Source: Camelus ferus (Eukaryota). From it: a stretch of 64,000 bases of DNA. The stretch's first letter is position 1, and each line of letters opens with the position of its first letter. This document shows positions 1-12,560 of this stretch, one piece after another. A model generated the notes under the pieces. The model had not been told where the DNA came from and ran no database searches. It worked only from the letters and a program-made list of their open reading frames with translations. The stretch is from NCBI RefSeq assembly GCF_009834535.1, contig NC_045697.1, positions 113,276,001-113,340,000 on the forward strand. Direction: 5' to 3'. Both the position numbers and the translations under genes were made by a program.

Positions 1-2339
1 GAAATACTCTTTCTAATGATTCACAGTAAACATTCACATATTAAAGGCTCTAAGATGTTCTCTAGAAAAGAAACATATTTGACTTGATTTAAGCCAATGA
101 TTTTCAAATTCACTTTACTACAACTTTTTTTTAAAACATTATGCTTACAGACGCTTTGAGAAACCAGTGTCCATTGGGAACACACTTGGGAAACCCTGAT
201 TTGGCCTTTTAGGTAATCCCAAATTATATAAAGTTTAATTAGAAGAAAACCCATACCATAGTCAATTAAAAATGATTTCTGGAAAAAATATAAAGCTATG
301 AGATCTTTTTTGCTGGCTACACAGACACACAAATGTGCCCTTTTATATTCCAACATATGGTAAATCCTTCCAAAGTAAAACCTCAAACTTCAAAATTAAA
401 AAAGGGCTACACTTACACAAAATGTTATCTAAACTCAATATTCTGGGTTACAGCTAACATTTAGATTGACTTTAAACTAAGGGAAATAATATATTCCAGG
501 ACTAAGCATATGCAATTAGGAAAACAGACATACAGTATGTTAAAAAAAAAAATCAGGATAGATGGGAAAACTTCCCTTTTGTGATTCCTAATTATGCTCT
601 GAAAAATGATCTGCACCCTGGACTCATTGCTGTGCATCTTTGTGGTTTGGAGATTTCTCTAAGAATTAAGCTGCAAAGATTATGTGTATTTCACAGTTGG
701 CTGTATTGCCATGGGTTACTCTATATTATAGCATTTACGCATTTTTAAAGAATATGACACACCTTTCTCTCTATAGTTTCTTTATACTGAAATGTAATGG
801 AAGTGCTTTAATTCCTCAATAGTGATAGAAGCTGGACAGAGTTAATTTTTTTAGAAAAGGTGAAAAGTAAAAAGGCCCTTTATTTTTAAAAAAAATTGCC
901 AACCTGGAAACATTTCTTTTACAGAATCAGGTATCATAAGTTCTTGTGTGGAGTGTATTAAGTTTCAGAGATCTGTTAATAACATGTGGCAAAGACCACT
1001 AATTACCCACCATGTATCCTCATTCGAAATATTAACTGTCCATTAAATAGTCTTGATCTCATTCTATAATGTAAATAGCAGCTCAGTCAGGGGTTTCATT
1101 TTCTTGCCTCTGTTCACATAGGTGAGGCCATGTCACTAGTTCTGACCAAAGGACGATGATGTGTAGCATCACATCGAGGCTGAGGAGCCAGTCTTTCTTT
1201 CTATGGGCTCCCAGGTGAAGCATGAGGCAGACCCATGTATGTTGCATGTAATTATCTGTGACATGCACATCCGTGTTGATTTCCAGTGTTTCCTATCAAC
1301 AATTGTCTGTTGATCATTAGGTACATTAAAATGTCATTTTCAGGAAAAGAATGTGAAATCATGACAGTCATGCAGATATAAAAATGGAAATATGTGAAGA
1401 TTTTATTCTATTCATTGAATGAGGGAATCAGGCAGATGTTACAACCAATTCAAAGGAAGAGTCAAAAAAAAGCACAGACTGTCTGTGAAGTAAAGGCAAT
1501 GCTAAAACATACTGCAAATGGAAACAGAGCTATTTTTGGGGGGAGAACAAGGAGGCTGGAAAAAAGTCAATTAAATCTCTACCAGGTAGGACAGAATTTG
1601 CATATTTATCAGATACACAGTATAAGAATTATAAAATAACTCAGAGACGATGAAAAGCTAGAATCAGATCGCCTAGAAGGCTGTTTTACATATAAGTGGT
1701 GTATGGTTTCCAGTGAAATACAGATTGTCTCCTACATGTGGAAAATGAATCAAAAGATGCCACACTGTTTATCATCTGATCTAAGCCAAGTAACAATAGC
1801 TTATACTGGTACAATTTAAAAAAATTAACAGTAACTTGTCTTTATTTTAAATATATTGCCATTATTAAGTGCATTAGTACAGCAACACATATTTACATTA
1901 CAAGTTATTTCTATTTTTTAATAATAGTGTTTCTATACAGTTTATTTTCTTCGTGATTTCAGTATTTTCCTTTATATATTTAAAATATCATTCTGAGAAG
2001 TCAGTAATGATTCCACAGATTGCCTCAAGGGCCCATGGGAAAAAAAGAACATTAAGAATCTCCGCTCCAGGAGAAAATAATCAGAACGTCACGTTAGAAT
2101 GGGGGTTGGTTGTTACCGGATGCGTTTAGCATGGTATTCAATGAAAGGGATCAGCTTAGATGGGAATTGGAGAGTTAGCGATTTAGGACCTCTCAGGGTT
2201 GGAGAGAACTGACTTCTGCAGATGAGTGTGATGACTGAAAAGCTTGCGCTGTGCAGGCCCAACACAGATGGAGACCATACAATTGTCTTGTTTCAAATTG
2301 CCCCAACGTGGTCACTGTCATGTGAAAAGAGAAGCATTG

Positions 2340-3327
2340 TTTGCACAACAAAGGAAACCATAAACAAAGCAAAAAGACAACCTATGGACTGGGAGAAAAT
2401 ATTTGCAAATGATGTGACTGACAAGGGCTTAATTTCCAGAATATATAGACAGCTCACACAAACCAGTAACAAACAAAAACACACAACTCAATCAAAAAAT
2501 GAGCAGAAGACCTAAATAGATATTTTTCCAATGAAGACACACAGATGGCTATGAAAAAATGCTCAATACTGCTAATTATCAGAGAAATGCAAATCAAAAC
2601 TACAAAGAGATATCACCTCACACCAGTCAGAATGGCCATCATTTAAAAGTCCATAAACAATAAACGCTGGAGAGGATGTGGAGAAAAGGGAACCCTCCTA
2701 CACTGCTGGTGAGAGTGTAGTTTGGTGCAGCCATTATGGAGGACAGTATGGAGATTCCTTAAAAAAACTAAAAATAAAGTTATCACATGTTCCAGCAATC
2801 CCAGTCCTGGGCATATACCAGGAGAAAATTGTAATTCAAAAAGATACATGTTCATAGCAGCATTATTTACCATAGGAAAGACATGGAAGTAAACTAAATG
2901 TCCATCTACAGATGACTGGATAAGGAAGATGTGGTACATATATACAGTGGAATACTACTCAGCCATAAAAAGGAATGAAATAATACCATTTGCAGCAACA
3001 TGAATGGACCTAGAGATCACCAGTCTAAGTGAAGTAAGTCAGAAAGAGAAAGACAAATATCATGTGATATCATTTATATGTGGAATCTAAAAAAATACAA
3101 ATGAACTTATTTACGAAAAAAGAAAACCAGACTCACAGACATAAAGAAACTTATGGTTAAAAGGGGTGCAGGAGGTATAAATTAGGAGTTTGAGATTAGC
3201 AGATACAAACTACTTATACATAAAATAGATAAACAAGGTTCTACTGCATAGCACAGGGAAATATATTCAATATCTTGTAATAGCCTATAAGAAAAAGATA
3301 TGAAAAAGAATGAAAAAAAAAAAAAAG
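2340..3327 (+). mobile_element. 5'-truncated L1 (ORF2 C-terminal part, 3'UTR, poly-A) with TSD
   Basis: ORF2-like peptide [24 protein letters not shown]1 3'UTR and A-tail. TSD AGAGAAGCATTG (2328-2339) / AGAGAAGCACTG (3328-3339). Confidence 0.92.
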
Positions 3328-3837
3328 AGAGAAGCACTGGGTAAGGGAAAACAAACAAACAAAAAAAGCTGGCCTGAGAACTATTGTCTAGAAAGGACAT
3401 TTTTATGTTGTCATGGTACATGGAACTGGAGACAAATAGATCAGAAGCCTGCACAATTTTGAGAGCTTGTATTGCCAAGGCAACCAGCAGCCTACCTTTA
3501 ATGCAGTGAGCCTTCAAACAACCACTGGGCTCTCAAACTTATCTGAACAGGAAGAAGGTTGCAAAAGATGCACACCACCGAGAAGGCCACGGGTCCCCAG
3601 ATCCACTTCAGCTGAGCTTATCAAGATAATAAACAAGACAGAGCGTCTTAGAAGGTATTTCTGGGCCATGTTGACATGGGCCATAGAGAACAATGAATAA
3701 ACAGGCTCTTCCCAGAAACCAAATTTGGGTCTAAACAGGAAATCTCTGCTCTCACCTGGGTAAAGGAACTCACAGAACCTGCGTTCGGGTTTTCATCATC
3801 GCTATGGACCAATAGCTGATCCATTTCCCATGCCTAC

Positions 3838-4678
3838 TGTGAAATTGTGATATACTAAGAAATAGATATTTTGGTCATAATCCCAGGTCCTGGCCAGAGC
3901 TCCTAAAAGCCTTGTAATTTCCTGAGTGATGTTGGTGATAGAAGACCTTACACAGAGCTCCTAAATCCTTTGGAAATTCTTTGGTGACCAAATCATCTTT
4001 TGTTCTAATGAGGTGACTGTCAGTGGGGTCCTGGATGGGGGTCAGTCACCAGAAAGGTCTAGCATGATTAGAAGCTTGGGACTTCCAACCCCATCCCCCC
4101 TCCTCCAGAGAGAAGAGAGGAGCGAGAGATGAAGTTAATAACTGATTCCACCTAGGTGATGATGCCTCCATAAAAATTCCCCCAAATGTGGTGCACATAT
4201 TCATGAGCCAGGAGGTGGATGCATCTCAGCTACAAAGGGATAGAATCTCCTGTGCTCAGGAGCCCTCTGGACATCACCTGGCTATTCATCTGTATCCTTT
4301 GTTCTGTAATAAGCTGGTGAATGTAAGTCAGTGTCCTTCTGAATTCTGTGAGCCATCCCAGCAAATCATCAACCTGGAGATGGGTGTCATGGGAACCCCG
4401 CTGTATAGTCAGTGGTCAGAAGCACAGGTTAACAACCCAGGACTTGCAATTGGCATGTGAAGTGTGTGCAGTCTTGTGGTCCTGAGCCCTTAACCTATAA
4501 GATCTGAGTTTAATTCCAGATAGACAGGGTCAGAACTGAATTGTAGGACATCCAGCTGGTGATGGAGGACTGAACAACAGGAGGTAAAATGCCACACATC
4601 TGATGGACAGAAGTGGTGCATAGAGTAGAAGAAAAATGAGTTTACCTTCTGTTGGTGTAGAGAAATTTTTCCAGACAC
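3838..4678 (+). mobile_element. MER21-like LTR
   Basis: Begins TGTGAAATTGTGATATA...CCTGGCCAGAGCTCCTAAAAGCCTTG, resembling the recalled MER21 consensus, and ends ...CA. Boundaries approximate. Confidence 0.7.
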
Positions 4679-4934
4679 TTTCTTTTTAGAAAGTGAGTTT
4701 TTTAGTATTATTTTGTGCCCGCTTCACTACTGTGTATTGAATGTTGTCAAACTGGGGACTGAGTAGAGACAACTTTTCTTTTAGTTTGCGTGTTGTGAGA
4801 GTACAAGATATCACACTCCTGCTGGAAGCAGTAGCTGGGTGAAGCACTTGAGTTCATCCCTCAAAGAGGGGCTGCCTCTATTTTGTGTAGGAGAAGGAGG
4901 GTTTAGGTGTGTGTTTGGTGGGAAGGGTGCCAAA

Positions 4935-5387
4935 GTGGCAGAAGTGACTAGCTGTCCATCAAAGATTCCTCTTCCCCCTTTGCATAGTATAATCATTGCT
5001 GGTGATAATTATCAGCCAGAGATAATATTTCCCAGTGCATGTTGCATCCACAAGGGGCCATCTGATGAGTTCTCACCAATGGAGCAAAGAACATGTTGTG
5101 TGTCATTCTGGGCAGAGCTATGCATGAGCTTTATCTCCTCTCCTTTCCCATGAACTGAAGGCAGAATACACTCAGGTCCTAGATAAGGGTGAAAACGTAG
5201 GGAGGAGTCTGCGACTGACCTCACCACCAAGAGGAAGGATGCCTTTGGAACCCCCAGCATTGCACTGTTCATGTGAACGGGAAGTTATTATTATTATATT
5301 AAGCCACTGAAATGTGGAAAGGTTATTGTTTGTTTATTTTGTTTTTTATTTTTTGTTAAGGCAGCAAGTGTTACCCCAGCTAATTCA
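4935..5387 (+). mobile_element. Old MaLR LTR (MLT1J-like)
   Basis: GTGGCAGAAGTGACTAGCTGTCC start and TTAAGCCACTGAAATGTGG...TTGTTAAGGCAGC end are typical of MLT1 elements. Confidence 0.55.
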
Positions 5388-5389
5388 AT

Positions 5390-6900
5390 ATTCAAGTGGA
5401 GATTCCAGGTAGGTAGTTAGATGAGAGTCTTGAGCTCCAAAAGAGGTCAAGACAAGAGGTCTACATGTAGAAGTTAACATATTTTTAAAGACACAAAGCT
5501 AGATGTTACTTAAGGAGAGCAGGTAGAGATGAGAACGAGGATGAAGGTTCAGCCTTGAGGACTTCAGTATTAGAGGTTGGTTAGAGAAGCTGAATCTTCA
5601 GAGGTTCCTGAGGCTGCCTGTGGAGTAGAAGGAGACAAGGCATGATTCCAAGGAAGCGGAGAGAGTGTTCAGTGATGCACGCCCAGTCAAGACAAGACCA
5701 ATGAGTGGTCCATTGACATGACTACATTGAACACCATTCGAGACCTTTACAGAAACAATGTCAGTAAATTTGATGGGAATAGTGAGCAGATTCAAGAATA
5801 AAGGAAAAGGGAGAAATGAAAAAGATACAGGTAAAGGGAGCACACAAGAGGGAAGGCAGAGAAGGATGTGGAGTTACGGGAAGACAATGCTGATGTAGTA
5901 CACCTGGACCAGGAAGAATAAGAAGGAGCCAACAGACAGGAAAGATGCTACAGAAGAGAGAGGAAGAGGAGGGGGAGGCAGGGTTCAGAGCATCAGCATC
6001 ACGGTGGGTTGACATTTTGGGGGAGCAGAAACGCTCGGTCCTTTGTGGCAAGAAGGCAGACACAGACACTGTGACCATAGAGGCATGTGGCTTTATGATT
6101 TTGTCTGGTGTCGAGTGTTTTTTACAATAAAGTGAGAAGTGGGGCCAACACTAAAGTGAGTGAAGAAAGTGACATTAGAAAGTTGAAGAGAGAAGCTATG
6201 AAGGAGTCATCTCAGAAAGGGCAGAAGTGAATCTTCTAGCCAAATATAATCGGATTTCTGGGTATTTTTGAATACCAGTTTGAGCGCTTGGTTCAAGATT
6301 TTTGTAGTGTATTTAATTACAAGTTATGTGAAGTTATGTGAGTATATATTCTTTGTCTGTAATCAGTGAGCATATATAGATGATTCAACAAAGAATTTTT
6401 TTTAAGTGGGTAGCAGAGGGAAAACAAAAGATTTTTGGTATTTGTGTGAAAGTTACATGATAATAAACATCAACCATGAGTAAGGAGGAAATTGGAGAAA
6501 TGAGGGAGTAGTGATATTGAAAAGGTACAAAGAACTGGGGTCGACTGGAGTATTGCAGAAACTGAACTGGTAGAAGCTACTGGAATGCTAGGTGAACAGG
6601 CCAGAGCTTGAGATGCTTGAAACACAGATTTCTGTGATGGTGCAGGTAGCGGTGAGGATAGGGTCTGGGACAGGAGAGGTGATGGTAGAGCTTGGCAACA
6701 GGAAGGCAGAGGAAGGAAACTGAAGATAATTAGATCAAGGAACAAGAGGCCAACGCATTTACCCCATGAATGATCAGTATGAAAGATGAGGATCTCAAGT
6801 CTGCTATGAATGAAGGAGAATGACCCAGAAAAAGGCTACGGCAGAAATGAAGGAAGTTGGTGGGTGGTGAATCCAAGTGCATCAGCTTCAAAGAAGCTAT
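5390..6900 (-). mobile_element. Degraded L2 LINE fragments
   Basis: Purine-rich segment with L2-like wording (e.g. GGTAGGTAGTTAGATGAGAGTC...). Boundaries approximate. Confidence 0.45.
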
Positions 6901-7151
6901 GGCTTTTGAAGAAGGGTGATGACAGTCGGTAGAAAGTTCTCTGCCCCCCTCATCCTGGCCTTAAGGCACTGCAGGAATGAGCTATGCTTTACGCTTTGAG
7001 TTTGTCCTTCGTAATTCTGGGGCTCCAAACTACACAGGGTGGGATAAAATTTGAATATTGACCAAATGACTTTCCTCCAAAAATTCCTAGGATTGTTCTT
7101 CGGGACCATCCCTACATTCTAGGCTGCTGTGGATCGCATCTTACTTAGTTC

Positions 7152-7152
<1 letters not shown>

Positions 7153-7183
<31 letters not shown>
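7153..7183 (+). repeat. Pure poly(A)31 tract
   Basis: Read directly. Confidence 0.95.
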
Positions 7184-7187
<4 letters not shown>

Positions 7188-8719
7188 CTGCTACAGAAAC
7201 AGAGGTCAGGAGAACAATAAAACAATTGTCAAAATTTGTTGTGATATCACGTATATGTTACAAATCCATGTCTTTAAATTATCATTAAAGAAAAGGCTTT
7301 GATTTACAAAACTGAGCATCTCAGTTGAGCATCTCAGAATGACAAGGACCAGAAAGTTTCGGAAACTGTATGATACTGTAAGAGCCTCCTTTCTGCCTAA
7401 GACTTGGTGAAGATTTTCGTAAGGAGAGACTTTTATTTCTGGCAACAAAGAGTTTAAATGTTCAGAGAAACCTTCCCAGTAGAGCACATACAAAATGCTG
7501 GATATATTTCCTAAGGCATTCTTTATAGAGCAAAACAGCAAGAAAAATTCTCATAGAATAAAAACAATGACAAAGCAAAAATCCAGAGAAGGGCATGAGA
7601 GCTACAGCTGACAGTTGCCCTGAGCTGTTTCCTCTCCTGGTCCCCCTCCCTCTCCCTCATCTCTCTCTTTCCCTGCCCCAACTTTCTTTCTTCCTTTTTC
7701 CAAGTCTCCCAGCTTCTTCTCTACTTCGTCTTCTATCGGGGTGTTTAGGTTGTGCTCTGTCTTCGCTGCTTGTGACTTTGCAGCCTCCGTGACACCTCCC
7801 CTTTCTGGGTCGACCAAATTATAATTCTCATTGAGTCTTTTTTACTTTGTCACAATTTCTAAAAACGCAGTGCTATTTTCTGTATTGTTACAATCCCTTC
7901 TTGCAATTCTTTTTTTTGTCTGCAATGAATTCCTGTTAGCTGAAGATATGAGGTAAAGATGAAACACCCACCACTGCTGAGAGCTGCTCCAATATTCTGC
8001 CATCTTGTCCTGTACTTTGGGTTTTGCTACGTATAGTCAGTGGATTGGAGATATTTGTTTTATTCATGCTCTTTTAGATACGTATCTGGCTGTTACTCAT
8101 CTTCAGGTGTTTCTTGTTTGGGGAGGATTTATGTTTGTGGGGTTTGTATTCGGCAAGCAGACAGCATGATGCGTTGTATTTACGTGAGTGCATTCTTGGT
8201 TGTGCCTCCGTCTTACTCTCTACATGATATTTCCAACCCACTGGGAATTTGTTATGAAAATAATGAAATGATTAAAGCATTATTCTTACACCTAATCTTA
8301 TGAATTTCTATATTCTAATACCTATTATATGAATCAATTTCAAAATATGATAATTGCAAACATGCTGAAGCCCAAGAAGAGATTCTGCATTTAATGGAAC
8401 CTAGCTGAGATTGCCTACTGAAATGGAGCTGATTGCATCTCAAGAGCACTCGAGAAGTCCCTGCTGGTGAGGAGGAAGGAAAGGAGTCAAATATTTATTG
8501 CGAATTTTTTCAAGCTCTAAAATCTATGATAGGCTATTGCAAGCTAAGTTCATAAAAGAAAGGACCCAGCTGCTTTCTAGATTTCACTGAAAGATTCATA
8601 AAGACCAAAATAAAAAGGTCAATAAGAAGGTCTAGAAGCCCAAGGATGATGTTTTTTTGCTTCATGAGCAAAAAGCATGGGAAAGAATGATGGGTCCTTT
8701 CAAAGCACTTTCTAGCTAG

Positions 8720-9095
8720 ACATTGAGATTAGCAATTATCTGTTCCTTAACCCCATACCATCTTTAGAGGAGGATACTTTCCTGTACTTTGGCTGTGGTC
8801 TTCTCCATGTGACCTGTTTTGGTCAATGAATGTAAGTGGAAGAAAGACAGTACAAGTTCAAGTCCAGATCTCAAATATCATTATTTATGCTTATTCAAGG
8901 GTGACTCTGACTTCTCCCAAAGTAGCCACTCCTCCTACATCCTGGGCCCCAGAATGAACACCCATGGATTGGAACTGCCTTGGAAGCAGTCACAGAGGCT
9001 GATCCCCGTGGTCTCCAGTGGGAGCCTAAATGGTTATTGTTACAGGATATAGCAACGTGAGGCTGTTTTATGTGCAGACAAGACTGACTAATGCA
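8720..9095 (+). mobile_element. Old MaLR (MLT1-type) LTR
   Basis: CCATGTGACCTGTTTTGGTCAATGAATGTAAGTGGAAG is a typical MLT1 core motif. Boundaries approximate. Confidence 0.5.
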
Positions 9096-9831
9096 GACAC
9101 TGGATGACTATAGGAATTAATCAGGAATTAATAATCTCAGTGTTTACTCACTACAGCCTTGATCTGTGGTCACTTTCCCACCTATGTGCTAGGTCCCTCC
9201 AATACTGGGGTTGAACAGATGCTAGCTTTTTCTTAAGACTTACTGTATCCACTTAAAAGCTGCCCATCCATCATTTCTCCAGTTCTGGCCTTTCTGGACC
9301 CCTGGCTGTTCATTTCACATGCTGCTTCATTCAAGGTCTGATTTTGTACTTGTTCAAGTTCTCTGTTTCTGAGGATATTTATATCTTTGTGCAGGGATCC
9401 TGCTGAGATAACTTCAGTCATATATATTTTGAGCAACTGACTGACCTAATTGAGAGAGAGGGAATACAGAATAAAGATAAATACTTAACACACAGCGAAG
9501 TAATAGATTTGAACCCAAACATATCAGTTACTAATGTAAATAAACTAATTTCTCCAGTTAAAAGACAAAAATTATCGTATTGGACAACAACAAGGATATG
9601 CTACTTATAGGAGGTTCACATAAAATATAAGGACACTGAAAAGTAAGGAAAAATAGGATTGAAAAGGATTTATCATGGAAACATTACTTACAAGAAAGCT
9701 TTTGTAACTGTAGTAAAGTCAAACTAGTAGATTTTCAGGCAAAACCCCCCCAAAAACATTAGTTCAAATAAAGAGGACTATACACATGGATGTATATATA
9801 TGTATGGATGTGTGTCTATATATATATGCAT

Positions 9832-9854
9832 ACACACACACACACACACACACA
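9832..9854 (+). repeat. (CA)n microsatellite
   Basis: Read directly. Confidence 0.9.
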
Positions 9855-9859
9855 ATATA

Positions 9860-10415
9860 GGAGTGCTACATGCCCTCCAATGTTCACAGCAGCACTATTT
9901 ACAATAGACAAGATGTGGAAAAAACCCAAGAGCTCATCAACAGACAATTGGTCTAAGAAGGAATATTACTCAGTCATAAAAAAGAATGAGGTATTGCCAT
10001 TTGCAGCAACATGGATAGACCTAGAGAATATTATACTTAATGATGTAAGTCAGATGGAGAAAGACAAATATATCACTTTATATGTGGGATCTAAAAGATA
10101 ACACAAATGAATCTTTATACAAAACAGAAATAGACTCACAGACATAGAAAACAAACTTATGGTTACCAAAGGGGAGAGGCAGGGAGGGAAGGGCAAATTA
10201 GAATTATGGGATTAACTGGTACAAAGTAGATATATATAATATATATATAAAGTAGATAAGTAACAAGGATTTACTGTGTAGCACAGGGAATTATATTCAG
10301 TATCTTGTAATAGCCTATAATGAAATATAATCAGAAAAAATAACTGAATCACTATGTTGTACACCTGAAACTAACATAATATTATAAATTAACTATATTT
10401 CAATTAAAAAAAGAA
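9860..10415 (+). mobile_element. L1 3' end
   Basis: ORF2-end peptide PMFTAALFTI...KNEVLPFAATWIDLE followed by a cetartiodactyl-type 3'UTR and A-tail. Confidence 0.88.
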
Positions 10416-10493
10416 AGGCTCAGATGACAATGAAACCAAAGTTTCTGAATGTCTACAGATCCAAATCTCCCACCCTATTGAAATCTGTGATCT

Positions 10494-11185
10494 TTTTTAT
10501 AGCTGAATAGTAAACTACTGTACATGTATACCCATAGCTTCTTTATTCATCCATCAGTGGCCACCTAGGCTGTTTCCATATCTTTGATATTGTCAATAAT
10601 GCTGTAATGAACATAGGAGTGCATATATCTTTTTGAATTAGCATTTTTGTGTTCTTTGGATAAATACCTAGAAGTGGTATACCTGGGTCACATAGTAGTT
10701 CTAGTCTTAATTATTTAAGAAACCTCCATACTGTTTTCTATAGTAGCTGTACCAATTTACAATCCCACCAACAGTGTACAAGGGTTGCCACTTGAGAACA
10801 ACATAGATGAACCTTGACAGTATTATGCTAAGTGAGATAATCCAGAAGGAAAAAGCAAATACTGTAGGATTTCACTCATAGTGAAAGCAAATACTATAGG
10901 ATTTCATTCATTGTGGAATCCAGAACAAAACCAAACCAATGAACAATCAAACTAAAACAGAAACAAACTCAGATAAAGGAGAGAACAGTTTGATAGCTAC
11001 CAGAGGGGAAGGGGTTTGGGGGTGAGTGAAATGGGAGAAAGAGTTCAACTTTATGGTGATGGATGGTAACTAGACTTGTGGTGGTGATTACACAGTAGTG
11101 TAGACAGATGTTGAACTCAATGATGTAGTGTAGACAGATGTTGAACTCAATGACATACACCTGAAGCTTATATAATAATAATTAA
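10494..11185. mobile_element. L1 with 5' inversion: minus segment ~10494-10786, plus segment ~10786-11185
   Basis: Two adjacent L1 pieces in opposite orientation that are contiguous in L1 coordinates. Flanked by TSD AAATCTGTGATCTT / AAATCTGCAATCTT. Confidence 0.8.
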
Positions 11186-11296
11186 AAATCTGCAATCTTA
11201 AGTAACTTCAGTTCTCTACCATCCTATTTAAAACTCCTTCAGGCCCCTTTTCCAAGTTTATTTTTCTCCAAGGGCTGTATCACCTTCCCCAACTCC

Positions 11297-11975
11297 ATTT
11301 TTTTTACTGTGCCAAAATATGCTAAACATAAAATTTACTTCCTTAACCATTTTTAAGTGTAGCAGTTTATTGATATTAAGTACATTCATACTGTTGTGCA
11401 GTCAGCACCACCATCCATCTCCCAAACTCTTTTCTCTTGCAAAACAGAAACTCTGTCCCTGTTAAACAATATCTCCCCATTCCCCCTCCCCAGCTCCTGA
11501 CAGCCACCCTCCTACCTTCTATCTCTACGATTAAAACTACTTTAATACTCTAGTACCTCACATAAGTAGAATCATATGGTATTTGTTTTTGCAACTGCTT
11601 ATTTTACTTTATGTAATGTCCTCAAAGGTCATCCCTTATGTAGCATGTCAGAATTTCCTTCCTTTTTTAAGACTGAATAGTATTTCATTGCATGTGTACA
11701 CCACATGCTGCTTATCCCTTCATCTGTCAATGGACACTTGAGGGTTGCCTTCATGTTTTAATTATTGTGAATATCACTGCTATGAACATGGCTGTGCAAC
11801 TGTCTATTCAGGACCCCACTGTCAATTCTTTTAAGTTTATTCCCATAAGTATAATTGCTGCATCAATCTGGTAATTCTGTTTTTAATTTTTTGAGAAACT
11901 ATCATACTGTTTTCCACAGTGGCTGCATTGTACCATTTTACATTCTGACCAACAGTGCACAAGAGTTCCAACTTC
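11297..11975 (-). mobile_element. Older L1 (L1M-type) 3' end
   Basis: T-tract followed by AACATAAAATTTAC...TTAACCATTTTTAAGTGTA, the antisense L1M 3'UTR. Confidence 0.8.
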
Positions 11976-12049
11976 ACAGACTCCCCCTCAATTTCTTTTC
12001 TGTTTTCTTATATATAAATATAAATATACATATAAATATATATATACAC

Positions 12050-12560
12050 ACATAATCAGTTTACATTGTTGTGGCAATTTCTGGTGTACAGCATAATGCT
12101 TCAGTCATACATGAACATACATAAATTCATTTTCATATTCTTCTTCACTATAAGTTACTACAAGATATTGAATATAGTTCCCTGTGCTATACAGTATGAA
12201 CTTCTTGTTTATCTATTTTATATATAGTAGTTAGTATCTACAAATCTCGAACTCCCAATTTATCTTTCCCACTCCCTTCCCCTCCTGGTAATCATAAGTT
12301 TGTTTACTTTGTGAGTCTGTTTCTGTTTTGTAAATAAGTCTGTCTTTTGGTTTTTTTTTTTAGATTTCACATATAAGTGATATCATATGGTATTTTTCTT
12401 CCTCTTTCTGGCTTACTTCACTTAGAATGGCAATCTCCAGGTGCTTCCATAATATAAGTGGCATTATTTTATTATTTTAATGGCTGAGTAGTATTCCATT
12501 GTATAAATATATCACAGCTTCTTTATCCAGCCATCTGTCAATGGACATTTCGGTTTGTTT
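12050..12560 (-). mobile_element. L1 3' end (lineage-type)
   Basis: Antisense of the same 3'UTR type seen at 9860-10415 (TTCCCTGTGCTATACAGTA...). Confidence 0.85.

Noticed and set aside
10852..11154. ~30-bp direct repeats as a CRISPR-like array
   Set aside because: Only two adjacent copies each, no spacers, and located inside a mammalian L1.
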